NCBI RefSeq assembly: GCF_009914755.1
Contig: NC_060927.1
DNA length: 64,000 nt
Direction: 5' to 3' (one strand)
Source: the human T2T-CHM13v2.0 reference genome, Homo sapiens
Positions 1 through 12,915 of the stretch are shown here, piece after piece (the stretch's first letter is position 1; the number at the start of each line of letters is the position of its first letter). Position numbers and translations under genes: made by a program. Below the pieces are notes generated by a model. The model worked only from the letters and a program-made list of their open reading frames with translations. It ran no database searches and was not told the origin of the DNA.

Positions 1-56
1 TTTAGGAGCATACTGTAGGGACTCTTACCGAGCATGTCATTACATTTATGAAAGCC

Positions 57-200
57 TTTTATTTTGGAAATAAATTTACATTTATAGAAGAGGTGCAAAG
101 ATATATCCTTTGCCCAGTTTCCTCTAATATTAACATCCTACATAATCAAGGTATGTATATTACAATAAAGAAATGAATATTTGCATGAAACTACTAGTTA
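57..200 (-). mobile_element. Ancient L1 (L1MC/L1ME-type) 3' end fragment
   Basis: ttttattttggaaataaatttacatttatagaagaggtgcaaa...cccagtttcctctaatattaacatc resembles the antisense L1MC4-type 3' end; boundaries approximate. Confidence 0.6.
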
Positions 201-804
201 ACTTGTGTAGTAAATTTTTTTTTCGAGTGAATGTGTAACATATAGTTGCTTTCCATTCTATTCCTTTAGTCTTTAAGGTGGTCTTTATACGTGAAAGGCT
301 CTGTGAGAGGGTATTTAAGCGTCAAATTTAACTTCTGGGTGATGATCTCTCCCTTTTATCTGTTGAGTAGGAGCAGCTTGCAAAGTGCAAAGTCGGAGGT
401 CCCTGAAGTTCTGCATCAACTGCAGTGAGCCCTGGGGGAGTTACAAGTTTGGCAAAGCTCTTGAGTGCTGTTAACGTGTGAGGAATAATGGTCTTCCTTT
501 TTTGTTTTAACCTGAAAAACATTCCTGCTCCAGGTAAGATAGGGTTTATCAGTACACAGAGGACAGCAAAGTCTCAAGTGGCAGGCAGAGGATAAAAGGC
601 AATGGATAAATTCAAGGTAGTTCACTTTGATGCCTAACCCCTTGGGCGATTGTTTGTGGCATGAAATCTAATGGAAGCCTTTTTGGTTTTACATTGTATA
701 TTAGCCAGGTGAACTCTGACTTCTGGCACAGAAGCAGAAACGTGTCCACAATAGGTAGGACGTCAATGTGATTAAAACTGTTGACTGTGAAATAAAAAAA
801 GACC

Positions 805-1010
805 CCAATTTGATCCTGGCTTTGTCTTTTATTAGCTCTTGACCTTAGACAAGGTCTTAACCTTTCCAAAGCTTAACCTTTTCATCTGTAAAATAGGAAT
901 AATTATAAATTATTTTACAATAACCATCTATGGTTATTGTATGGCTCGAACGAGATAAAATGTATAGAGTTTTTTATTCAGTGCTTCATAGGTAATGGCT
1001 GCTCAATAAT
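805..1010 (+). mobile_element. MIR SINE
   Basis: MIR core: gatcctggct...tgaccttagacaag...ttttcatctgtaaaataggaataat...gctcaataa. Confidence 0.75.
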
Positions 1011-1419
1011 AGTGAATAAATTTTATGAGTTGGGGCTTCAAGTCTCCCTAATTTTTTTCAGTTTACTAGAGGGTTCTGGGACTGGAAATGACACAGCCAT
1101 ACTTTTCTACAGTCAAACCAATTTGCTGCTCATCCACCTGGTTTTGCCCTGTGGTCCTTAAGATGTTCTCAGGTCTTGGTGGGCAGAAGGTTAGCAAATA
1201 GTTATCCTGACTTGTCAATAGTCTGCTGTTTTCTCATCAGGAAAACCAAGGAAGAGCAGGATGAAAAGTCCCTATATCCTACCCCAGGCCCCAGAAGTAT
1301 GCCTAAGACACTAGGAAAGCAAATGGATTACTCTGCTTTTGCACATTATATTTACGGCTTTTCAGGAAGATTAGGTGGCAAATCTTAAGACTTAACAAAT
1401 GATTGAGTTAAAAAGTTGT

Positions 1420-1830
1420 ATCTGTTAGGACTCTTTGGTTGCAGGAAATAGAAACTGGCTTTACTGTGAGCAAAATATTGTAAAATTTTAAGGTAATTAC
1501 AAAATCAAACGGAAAATGACAAAACTAGTTTTGGGGAAATGCTGACACAAGAGTTGCTCAGATTTAAGTAGTAGAAAGTACTGAAAGGGCGCTGACATAA
1601 GAAAAATAAATCCTAGCCATTTTTTGCCTTTATGCCACTCTGCTCAAGACCTGTATTTCATGGGAAGGTTATCTAACTGGCCTCTCTTGGGTCAGATAGC
1701 TGCTTCTTGGCCAAGGTAAGGTGGGAATCCTCAATGCAGGTTCCTTCAAATTGTTTCTTTTGGATGGGGTTTAATTCTTGGAAAAATAAATCATGGTGCT
1801 GTTATCAGACCAAAGAAAATGGATATTAGT
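1420..1830 (-). mobile_element. Old MaLR LTR (MLT1K-like) fragment
   Basis: Begins tatctgttaggactctttggttgcaggaaatagaaac, the reverse complement of an MLT1 3' terminus; highly diverged. Confidence 0.5.
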
Positions 1831-1980
1831 TGCCAAAACAACCATTATCACCCCTTTCCTAGATAGAGAGAGGCAGAGAGAAAGAATGAGAAAGAGAATG
1901 AGAAAAAATGAGAGGGAGAAACAGACATATTTAGACAAGAATCTGGAACATTTTGTAGCATTGTATTCCTACCATTTTAA

Positions 1981-2355
<375 letters not shown>

Positions 2356-4413
2356 GATCCTTATTTTTATATGCAAAATGAGACTCCTAGAATTAGGAAA
2401 CTGGATTGGAATGCGTATCCCACTGGATCTCGTCTACCTAATCTCCTTTCTTTATTTTTACATAGGAGAAAATTGAGGTCCCATAAGTGATTTGCCCAAA
2501 GGCAGAGCTGGCACTTGAATACCTTTTAACCTGGAACCTGCATCCAGGTGACATAAGTCAAAGTCCCTCCTCTTCTTAGGAAACTCTAATCCTCTCTGAG
2601 TTCTTATATGGTTACATTAAACATTGGGAGTCTGCTTTAGAATTTCAGAATTCTTAGTTTCTCAACTTATAAAATGAGATCAGCAGCACACATCTCCTGA
2701 ACAGATAATCTGACAATGGGTGCAATTGGGCCCTGATGTTTTAAAATACAAATACAGACCTTTCATGGTACTCCTGTCCTTTAGAATAAAATATATTAAT
2801 AATTTTTGTTGGCCTGTAAATTGAAGCAAGTTGATTTATTGCTCAAATTTCTAAAGCTTTTTCTTTGACCTTTGAATTTACATGTCAAAATGTTTCTGTC
2901 CTCACATTTTGACCTTGTACCATATGGAGGAAGTCCTGTAGGTGGTGGAATCATGGACAGTGTTAGTTTCTCATTTTTGGGTGGCAAGTGTGGGGAGTAA
3001 GTTGTTCATTCCTGGGCACACATTCTTCTGGCACCATGCCTGGCACATAGGTGCTCAATAAATAGTGGTTATGTTGAATTCTGCATTGATGCATTCAGTC
3101 AACATGTATTAGCTGGAATTGCAAAGTTAAAGAAGTTAAAACTCCGCCACAGTTCAGTGGAGGAGACACACTTATACACAGATCATCATGCTATAAGACG
3201 GTGAGGGCCATGAAAGAGATGAGAATAAGAGGTATTGCAGAGAGGGGCTCAGCTGCCCTCCCTGAACGGAGGCTGCATGGAAAGGAGCCATTTCACCAGG
3301 TTTAAGAGGAGTAGGAAATGCAGAGCAAGAGCTTTCCAGATAGAGGGAATGGGTCAATATTTGGAATGGCTGAGAAAGATTCAGAAGTTTGTCATAGAAT
3401 TGAGTAGACGTAATAGCTGGAGGTTTATTTATCATGAAGGCCTTGTAATGCCATGCCAGGAAGTTTGGACTTTATCTTATAAATAGGTTGAGAGTAAAAC
3501 TTTGAGACTGTCTTAGCGGTCTAACACTGTCCAGCAGGGGTTTCCAGACTTGGTAATTCCCTACATCGTAAATGTAAAAGAAAATCTCGATACAAAAATA
3601 GAATTAACTCCTGTTTATTGTATGACAAGAGAGGATATTACATTATTTCATAAATGAAGTGCATTTAAGCACCAAAAATGATAAATAAAATTTATGTCAG
3701 GATAGAGCAGCCTTTCTTGAGAAAGAATAGGTAGCAGCCTTAACTCAACCCTCTCCCAACCCATCTCTCTCACATGCATCCTGTCTTATCCCATCATAGC
3801 CCATCACACCCCACTGTCCTCATTGTCCTCACTTCTCTGTAGACTTCTATGTACTTCCTTATGGATAGGGGGTTGGGAACTGCTGGGGGCACCCGTTTCA
3901 AGCCTGAGATTGGGCTGAGGCATTTTTGCTGAGTTTATCTTCTTTTTCTCATGGGCACGACCATGGCAGAGTTACTGTCAGTGGTAAGAGGGATTGATGT
4001 TCTTAGACTAGCCTATTGTTTTTACCTCTAAAAAGTAATTAAAAATAAGACATTCCTGAGCTCACTCAAAAACATAACTGGAGGCAGCAGGAGGAGTAGT
4101 GATTCTCGTAGCATATTCTTAAAAATTGAGGCCATTTAACATGTTTTGTAAGATAAAGTATTGACCTGTCTAACAAGCATTCTAATGAATAGCCAAACGA
4201 AATGAGACTGTGGGACACATAGAGACACTGCTCAGCAAGTGGCTCCTTTATTTCTTGAGATTCGTCTTAAATAATCAAAGGCACAGGTCACAATTCATTT
4301 GCAAAAACTAGTGACTGGCTCTGTGCTGTCCATCCATCCCATGCTTCCTCCTGTATGCTTTTCCCAGACTTGCATCCGCCTCCCCACGTTAGACCCTTTT
4401 GTTCTGTACAATG

Positions 4414-4631
4414 TTTTATTTTTATTTCTATTTTTTATTGTACTTTAAGACCCAGCAATCCCATTACTGGGGATATAACGAAAAGATTATAAATCATTCT
4501 ACTATAAAGACACATGTACACGTATGTTTATTATAGCACTATTCACAATAGCAAAGACTTGGAACCAACCCAAATGCCCATCAATGATAGACTGGATAAA
4601 GAAAATGTTGCACATATATACCATGGAATAC
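4414..4631 (-). mobile_element. Miniature 5'-inverted L1PA (about L1PA7/8) insertion
   Basis: Antisense poly(A) plus extreme L1 3' end (ttttttattgtactttaag, 4414-4449) joined to a sense end-of-ORF2 segment gacccagcaatcccattactggg...ccatggaatac (4449-4631); flanks tacaatgtttt and tacaatctgtttt. Confidence 0.85.
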
Positions 4632-4637
4632 AATCTG

Positions 4638-5472
4638 TTTTTTAAGTAAGATTAATTGCCATATAATTTACAGACAGTAAAACTCACGCTTTTTAAATCT
4701 ACAGTTTGGGTTTTGACAAATGTATACACCTGTGTAACCACCACAATTAGGATGTAGGATGTTTCCATCATCCTCAAAGAGTTCTTTTGCATTCCTTGCT
4801 GCATAGTTCCCTCACCTTTCCCCAGCCTTTTCCAAAATTTTCTGTAAAGTGAGTCAGATAGTATATAGCCCTTTGTATCCAGCTTCCTTTGCTTAACAAA
4901 ATTTGTTTGATATCCACCCATTTTATTGTATGTATCAATAGTTCATTTTTCTTACTCGATAATATTTCATTGTATGGATGTATACCACGTGTTGCTTTTC
5001 TGTTTACCTGATGATGTACATTTGGGTTGCTTACAAATTTTTGGCTTTTATGAATAAAGCTGCTATAAGCTTTGTTTTGTGAGTGTGAGGACATTTTCAT
5101 TTCTCTCGGATGAATTTCTAGGGATGAGATTGTTAGGTCATATAAGTGTGTGTTTAACTTTATAGGAAGTTGCCAATCTATTGTTAAAAGTAGCTCAACC
5201 GTTTCACATTTCTATCAGTTCCAGTCCCTGAGAGTTCCAGTTCCTCCACATCATTGTGAACACTCGGCATTGGCAGTATTTTTAATTTTAGCTATTCAAG
5301 TAGATGTACAATGATATCTCATTGTGGCTTTAATTTGTATTTCCCTATTAAATAATGATATTGAGCATCTTTTTATGTGCTTAATTGCTATTTGTATGTT
5401 TCTTTGGTAAAAAGTCTGTTCAAATCTTTGCTCCGTCTTAGAAAAAATTGGGTTGTTTATTTTCTTTATTGA
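4638..5472 (-). mobile_element. L1MB/L1MC-type 3' fragment
   Basis: Antisense L1 end-of-ORF2 and 3'UTR: atatctcattgtggctttaatttgtatttccct...gagcatctttttatgtgctt. Confidence 0.85.
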
Positions 5473-6272
5473 GACAATCTATTATTTTCACATAGATTTA
5501 GGTTTCAGAAACCCTGGTGGAAGTTTGAGGAGATTACGAAGTGAGGGACATTTCAAGCTTTCTTTATTAGGGTTGTTGGTGAACTAGCATTTATTGGGCA
5601 TTTATCATGTGCCAATCACAGAGCAAGGTAGATTCACATCAGGTGGTCTCATCTTATGCTTTCCAGTAATCCTGAGAAATACCTATTATTAACCCTGAGG
5701 TCACACAGCTAGTATATGTCAGAGAAGGAATTCAATTTAAGTCTTCCTGATATACTGTTTCCGCTTCCTCAGGTGTGACTCCAAAGCTTGTTCTCCACAA
5801 CTGACTGGTTAGTTTCCCAGCCAAATCCCTTGCACTGCTCTGGGTGTTTTAAAAGTAGCCCTCAGGTGAAATAACACTGCTGGCACTGACATGCAAATCA
5901 GAACATTGAGCTTAAGGCAAAGAGAATGCTCCCAGTTTTATTTCAGTCCCGAAAAAAAAAAAAACCTATCCATTTCAGAAGATAGAAAAGTGAGAGTTCG
6001 CCAGAGAAGTTGAAGGTCTGAGGTGTTCATTTACATGTCAGCACCCAGGGATGTGCATCTCTCTCAGATAAATTGCACTGCTGTGTTACCCACGGGCCTA
6101 GGTTTGGGGTCATTCTTGGGAATTAGGCCCCATTTTAAACCCCAGTTTTGTTTCTACAGGCTGTAAGGACCTTGGGCAAACCATATGAACACTCTGGTCT
6201 GGATTTTCTTATCAATGAAGATGATGGATAAGGTCTTCTTACATACCTGAAGTTATAGGATGGAATTACTAG

Positions 6273-6346
6273 TAAGGTTACTAACTTATCTTAGTTTAAC
6301 ATTGAAAGTTCTCCATCTCAGGTAAACCAGAAAACTTAGTCACCCT
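6273..6346. mobile_element. MER81-like hAT-Blackjack MITE, internally deleted, inside a MIR
   Basis: Degenerate TIRs taaggttactaac...ttagtcaccct and internal ttaacattgaaagttc. Confidence 0.6.
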
Positions 6347-7585
6347 CCTTATAGGATGCATGTAAAACATCTGTGCCTTTGTAGGCTCTCAGGATATGAG
6401 AGCTGTCATTGTTGAATGTGCTTTGGGGCATTCAATCTGTGAGTCTGAAAATGACTCATTGTATTTCAGAACTAATGAGGCCCTATGAATGATTCCAGGT
6501 TCTTCAAATTGACTTTAAAAATAGTTCAAAGCAAGGCTCTGGATTTGAATTGTAGGAACAATATTACCTTTCTGAATAAGTGGCCATAGAACTTTCTGAG
6601 GCAGCTCCCCAAAGCCTCTAACCACAATGTAAGTGTGTTTTAGGATGCTAGCTCTGTTTTAGAATGCTAGTCTCCCTGGCTGGAGAACGGAAAGCTCTTT
6701 GAAAGAGTGCTTTCACTGGCAGAACACAAATCAGCTCAATAATTTTTTCTTTAAAGTTGCGTGGTTGGTAGGGTTTGTGTCATTAAGAATCTGACTCAAT
6801 ATTTCCCATGGTAACCCTCATTTGGGAAAAAAAAAACTGCTCTTGTAGGAAAGAATGTGGGACTTGGATGGTATGACATTGAATCCTGGATCTGCCCTTT
6901 ATAACTGTGAACTCCTGGACAAGTCACATTTTCTTTGAGTCTCAGTATCCTTTACTGTTCAGGATCCTTTACTGTTCTGTCTAGACCAGAAACTCAAATT
7001 CAGTAGTGCATGAGCAAAGCCTATTGTAAGTTCTTGCATGAATCTGAATGTATATCTGTCAGTCACTCTGGTTTTGTTGGATAAATGAGTCCTACCTGCA
7101 TTCATGGTTTTCTGTTATTCTATTTAAGGAATTGAACAAAAGAACATCAGAGTTAAAGGAGCTGGGGGATAGGGTGCAAAGGATCATGTGGTCATTCCTG
7201 AGAAGGATATCCTCAGATGATACTGCATGGGTCCGTGTGCCCAGGAGGTCCAAGGGGCTGGATTTGAGTGGCAGGACACCACCAGGGGCCTCTTCAACTG
7301 ACCCTGAAAACTTGCTCTCCTGACTGTCTTGCTTGCTCTTTGGATGAAAGTAATAATAACCTTTTTAAAAATATATATACTTTGAAGATTTTTGAGCTCA
7401 CAGTGTCCTACCCTAAGCCTTTGCTAAAGCCATTCCCTTTGCCTAGAATGCTCTTCCTTCCCTCTCTTTCACTTTCTTGTCACCCAGTTAATTCCTACTC
7501 AGCCTTCAAAATTCAGTTCAATACCTCAAGGAAGCTTTCCCTGATTTGGACCTTTCCCTGCATACCTCATAAGTCAGGTTCCTCA

Positions 7586-7768
7586 CATAGAGGGGAATAA
7601 TACACACTGGGGCCTATTGGAGGTTGGAGGGTGGGAGAAGGAAGAGGATCAGGAAAATAACTAATGGATACTAGGCTTAATACCTAGTGGTGCAATAATC
7701 TGTACAACAAACCCCCATGATACAAGTTTACCTGCACATGTACCCCTGAACTTAAATTAGAAAAAATA
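7586..7768 (+). mobile_element. 5'-truncated old L1PA/L1PB 3'UTR inserted in an L2 relic
   Basis: acacactggggcctattggagg...aataatctgtacaacaaacccccatga...tgcacatgtacccctgaacttaaa followed by an A-rich tail. Confidence 0.85.
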
Positions 7769-8504
7769 AGTCCCTGTTGATGGGATATCACACATTCTTA
7801 GTTGCGTAATCTGTCTAATGTATGTCATGAGGATAGGGACAGATCTGTATTTTCAGGCAATTTCTCCAATCCTAACGTAGTAGCAATCATATCAGGGTAC
7901 CCATTTGGGTAATCTTTTATCTAAGACTTACTTTCTGGGACAGGATGGTCGATGTTCTTATGCAGCCCACATTTTAGTGGGAGAGAGAGATACTAAACAA
8001 GTAAACAACTAAATAAACATCACAGAAAATAAACAACTAAAAAAAATACTTGACACCAGTGGCCCCTTAGCTGTAGGCACATATTCAGACCCCCTGTCTA
8101 ACCATATTTATTCAAGACAGCAAACAAATAACCATAATCCAGCCTGTTTTCTGGAATGGCCATGTATCTTAGAGCCTAAGAACCTGGCCTTGTCTACTTC
8201 TTTCTACTTTGTTTTCAGGGTTTAAGTTCTGCTCACCATATTGGCATTGGGAAATATGCAGCAAATGCGCCACCAGCTCCCTTCCTGGGTTCAGGTTAGT
8301 CATTGCAAACTAATCACAGCACTCTTTGCTATTGAGTTCAGCCTTCGCCTTGGGAGCAGGCATTCCTTAACAATCAATTGGAGGTGGTGTACAAGATGAA
8401 ACTCTGGTGCTGTCCTTGCTAGGCTTACAGCTTTCTTAGCAATGGCTTCTCCCTTGCTTAGACCAGACACTCAATCTTCAGTGCTCCCCTCCTCAATTTC
8501 TAAA

Positions 8505-8699
8505 CCTGAATTATTCAATATAATGGTCAATTGACACATGTGGCTATTTACATTTAAACTTGATTAAAATTTAATTAAAAATTCAGTTACTTATTTGCAC
8601 AGCTCCATTTCAAATGCTTAAAAGCCGTAAGTCTAATGGTTGCACAATGCAGATATAGAGTGTGTCTATTATTGCAGAAAGTTTTATAGGACAGGGATG
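8505..8699. mobile_element. MER3-like hAT-Charlie fossil
   Basis: cacatgtggctattt...catttcaaatgct...attgcagaaagttttataggacag. Confidence 0.75.
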
Positions 8700-11468
8700 T
8701 TATAGACTCTGACTTTACCTCTCCTAGCCTGCCTCAGCTGTTGTTATGAGAAGCTGTGAAACAAATCCTTTGACAAGGACGGAAATTTTACAACTTCCCT
8801 GGGTTTGCTTTAGGTTCTTGGTGACTTACAAATTGTTTTAGAATTACCAATATTGTTGTGTATAGAGGCAGCTTAGAGCAAGATCTCTTTCAAAAACTTT
8901 GGCTAGTGGGGTTACTATTTTTACTTAGGTATTCTCTTGAATCTTGGTATTTGCCCTTGACCATTATAGAGAGCAGTCTTTGGTAAAGTGGTTCCAAGAG
9001 ATGGCTTTTCTATTACTCAAGTTCAAAGCCTTTATTAGTGGGTAGTGGAAGCACTGCCTGAAGCACCATTGACATCTCCTCTTAGCCATTTACTAATGAT
9101 TGTCTTCACACTGTGGGGATTACTATAATGGTACTTATTGTCAGAATACACAGGCAGAGAAATCTTGCCAAGAGCCCAAATCTAAGATCATCAAAGAGCC
9201 TCCATGCTTGCAACAACAACGTAGGGAATAATTTTCAAATTATATAATGGATAAAGAATACTAAGTTACAAAGTAACACTCTTAAGGTGTTTGTCCTATT
9301 CTCTTCTTACATCTTACTGAATAAAATTTCAAATACGTTATGATTGCTAGTGGTTTTAGGTATAGATAAATAAGAAAAAGAGTGTATATGAAAAAACGTC
9401 TGATAATAGATATTACCTTTTTAACCCTTCTTGTATTTCTTCTTTTAAATCCATGAGTGAGAAGAGTAATCTTTTTAAGATTGGAGGAAGGATTGGAGGA
9501 AGTCTCCTGATATGAGACTTGCTGTGCCTTTGTCTGGCACATTAACTGTCAGCGGGAAAAGAGATGGGAAAATGGCCCCAGGGTGGATTTGGTGAATTTC
9601 CTCCCTGTTAGCTAGGATGAAAATTTGAATGACACCTTGAAGTGATCTAAAACTCTTATTTACACGTCCAGTTAGCTGGGAGGCCCCTAGGCATCCCATT
9701 CAGGATGTAGCAATGCATGGAAGACAGTGAGAGTGGGAGATGTCAGCCTTCTCTCCTCCATTTCAGCAGTGGCAGATAATCTGAACCAAGGAATGAGAAT
9801 ACAGTTGATACAGAGAACAATAATCAAGAAAGAAAAAGATATATAGCTAAGCCAATAAAAATGACATCTTTCTGGTATTTTTACCTACCATTTAAATAAG
9901 TATTAAAACATAGAGATACAGAAACACTAATATATTTGCCAAAAGTTAGAGATGTAACCAAGGCAACCATAATTGCCCTTTAGTCATTACCTTCTTATTT
10001 CTTTATGTTTGAACTAAAGACATGAAGCTAGAGCTCATTCCAGAGTCCTGTGCATCAGGGAGTTCACTTTCACCACTGAGATTTACTAGTGAAAATATGG
10101 ACTCTAGGTATCTGTGATGTCAATAGCTTCAAGCAACTTGAAACCTAGAAGGGCACATGAATAAGGAGCAAGAATGAGGAAAAATTGCTGTAACTCCTTG
10201 CTGTAACTATTGTGTCTTCCCATGCTCACTACTCAGAAATGTGAACTCACTTTCTGTATGTGATTGTAGCAAAAGCACTTAGCTCAGAGTCACGCCAGCT
10301 GGGAGTCACAACCTAAATATTGGGTGGTCACGTGTCCATTTGTTCTACTTTCAGTTTCCAGGCAATTTTGGAATTCAAAGAAACCTCCTTGTTTATGGCA
10401 CCAGTCCCTGAATTCTATAGAGATTCAGTATCTGTGGCAATATCAACATGTCAGATGTTGCTTCTTTGGTTGTGTATCCTTTTAATGAAGGAAGAAGAGG
10501 TAGAGAAAAAAGAAAATCCTTGAGGGACAAGCAGTATTGAAGACCTAACATTTCACAGCTGCTGTGATGTTTGAAAATTTATGTGAAGTCTTTATTTTGA
10601 TGCAACAATTTAATTGTGGCCTAGAGCTGAGATTTGCATCTCTAAGGCTATTCAATGTAGAGTTACAACGATAAGGTAACACCATACACTTCACTACATT
10701 GTTTAGTATTTTTTTTCTTTCGTTTTTCTTTGGTGTCATTTGCATAACAGCTGTGTTTGAAAAACTCCAAGTTCTATAAAGGGTTAATTTTGCACTGGGT
10801 TAGCAACTAAGGTCTAACCTTCTTCAGGGCTAGACTAAGTGTCTATTTGGTGTCAGGTAGGTGAAGCAGTCTGATGTTTGAGTTGAGAATCATATCACTC
10901 TCTAAAAACAGTCTGGCTTTCTGCTGATGATTCATCAGAAAAATGAGCATGGTAATTGAATTGGGGGTTGAAAAGGATCACAAGAAAAATAACCACATTC
11001 GACTTTTGGCGCTGTCATATGAAATCCTGTTAATGTGCTATACATAAAGCAATGATCTCTCATAGTGGACTCTTTTAGCAAATGCAGGCACTTATTTTTT
11101 TTGCTCTGATCAGTTACAAGAGACTGTCTATCGATGCTGTTAAATCAGGGTGGGATTTGGAAACAGAATTGGAAAATGAGTCTCTCTGAATGCCTGTGAT
11201 GCCTTTTATGTGTTGATCAGATTCTGGGAAAGAAATCTGGGTTCTAAAGGAAAAGATGACAACTCAGAGAAACTCAAATGGTGGAATTTTCTCAGAAAAG
11301 AATTAATCCTCTTTTTGAGCATGGTTGTGATAAAAACTGTTACAGGACCTGTAGCTGCTTTACTTTGGAAAGATACAGGTTTTCTTCCAACTGTATGGAT
11401 AGTTGGTTTGTACAGGTTGGACAAAATAACCATCTTTTGGCAAGTTATAGGTTTAACTCTTCTCTAGA

Positions 11469-11690
11469 GAGGCGTTTCTCCACTGGGGATGATTTTGGCC
11501 CTCCCTCTAGGGACATTCAGTCATATCTGCAGACATTTTTGGCTGTCACAGCCATTGGTGGGGTGCTCCTGGCATCCAGTAGGTAGAAGCCAAGGATGCT
11601 GATAAATATCCTGCAATGCACATTGCAGCCTCCTACAATGCCAAATTATCAGGCCCAACATATCAGTAGGGCTAAGGTTCAGAAACCCTG
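11469..11690 (+). mobile_element. MER20 hAT-Charlie fossil
   Basis: ggggatgattttg...gacatttttggctgtcaca...ggcatccagtaggtagaagccaaggatgctg...agaaaccctg. Confidence 0.9.
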
Positions 11691-12020
11691 ATCTGAAAAA
11701 TATTCTGGGACTTTCGGGTCTTGTTTTTGTATATCCTTTATGAGAATAATATTTTGAGGGGAAGTTTTAAAACAGAATGTGTAAGGCTTTGTCTTGTTAT
11801 GAGGTAGTCAGGATCCCCAAGTCTGTAAATATATCCTTTTTCCAGATCTAATTGTAAGAGACTAGTATGAGGAGAAAGTTTCTTAAACCAAGAATTCCAA
11901 GCGTTGTCTTTTCTCTAATAAAATTGAGATTTGCGGGGACCCTTTCTGTTGTTTTGAAGGTAGAAGACGGGAAACTTCTCTAAAAATCATAGTCTCAGAC
12001 TTTAATGAAGGTTCTGTCTC

Positions 12021-12149
12021 TCTTTTCTTTTTCTAGAGATGGAGTCTCGCTATGTTGCCCAGGCTGTTCTGGAACTCTTGGGCTCAAACGATCCTTCCAC
12101 CTAAGCCTCCCAGAGTGCTGGGATTACAGGTGTGATCCACCATGATTGG
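12021..12149 (-). mobile_element. FLAM (free left Alu monomer)
   Basis: Left arm only with a T-rich tail; degenerate TSD aaggttctgtct / aagattgtgtct. Confidence 0.85.
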
Positions 12150-12702
12150 AAAGATTGTGTCTTGATGCCAAACTATATAGCTTTGGGTTTCTAAACCAGT
12201 GATTTCAAATTGTGTAGCAGTTATACTGTCATTAAATTTTGCTACAAACATTTTCTTATCTTCTACAATATGGATTAGTCCATGCTTATGAATTTTCAAA
12301 CCAGGAAAAACATTGTATCCCAAATAGTTTACTTAAAAAACACATGCAACCTAAGGCTCAGAATACTTACCTCTGTAAAGTACTGGAGACTAAATTAGTC
12401 ATGTTAAAAAAAAAAAGAAGGCTACTTAAACTTATCCAGTGGGTAGAAACTTTAAACAAATGCATGCACAGTGCAGATTTTACTTTTTAATTTTGGTAAG
12501 CATGAATAAGGAAAATACTTTATTAAGAAGGAAAACTCTCTTGATTCCACCTTAAATCTTGAAAGATTTAATCTATCAGATTTGTTACTTCGTCTCTTTA
12601 CTCACTAAAGTTAAAGTAGCAGTCAGTGTGAGATGGTCAAGAAAGGGTCCCATATCAGTTGCTATACCCAGAGCCCAAAGTAAGAAGTGTGACACTTTAT
12701 TT

Positions 12703-12915
12703 CAGGTGTTGGCTAACTGTTTCTGCAAAGTGCCAAATAGTAAATATTTTCAGCTTTTTGAACCACACAGTCTCTGTCTCAACTATTCAACTCTTTTATA
12801 GTGTAAAGCAGTCATAGACAAATGAATGGATGTGTTTATATTATAACAAAATTGTATTTGCAAAAACAGGCATTAGGACCAATTTGGCTATCAGATCATA
12901 GTGTGTCCGCCACTG
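12703..12915. mobile_element. MER58A hAT-Charlie fossil
   Basis: caggtgttggc...aaatagtaaatatttt...ccgccactg; perfect 8 bp TSD ctttattt at 12695-12702 and 12916-12923. Confidence 0.9.
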
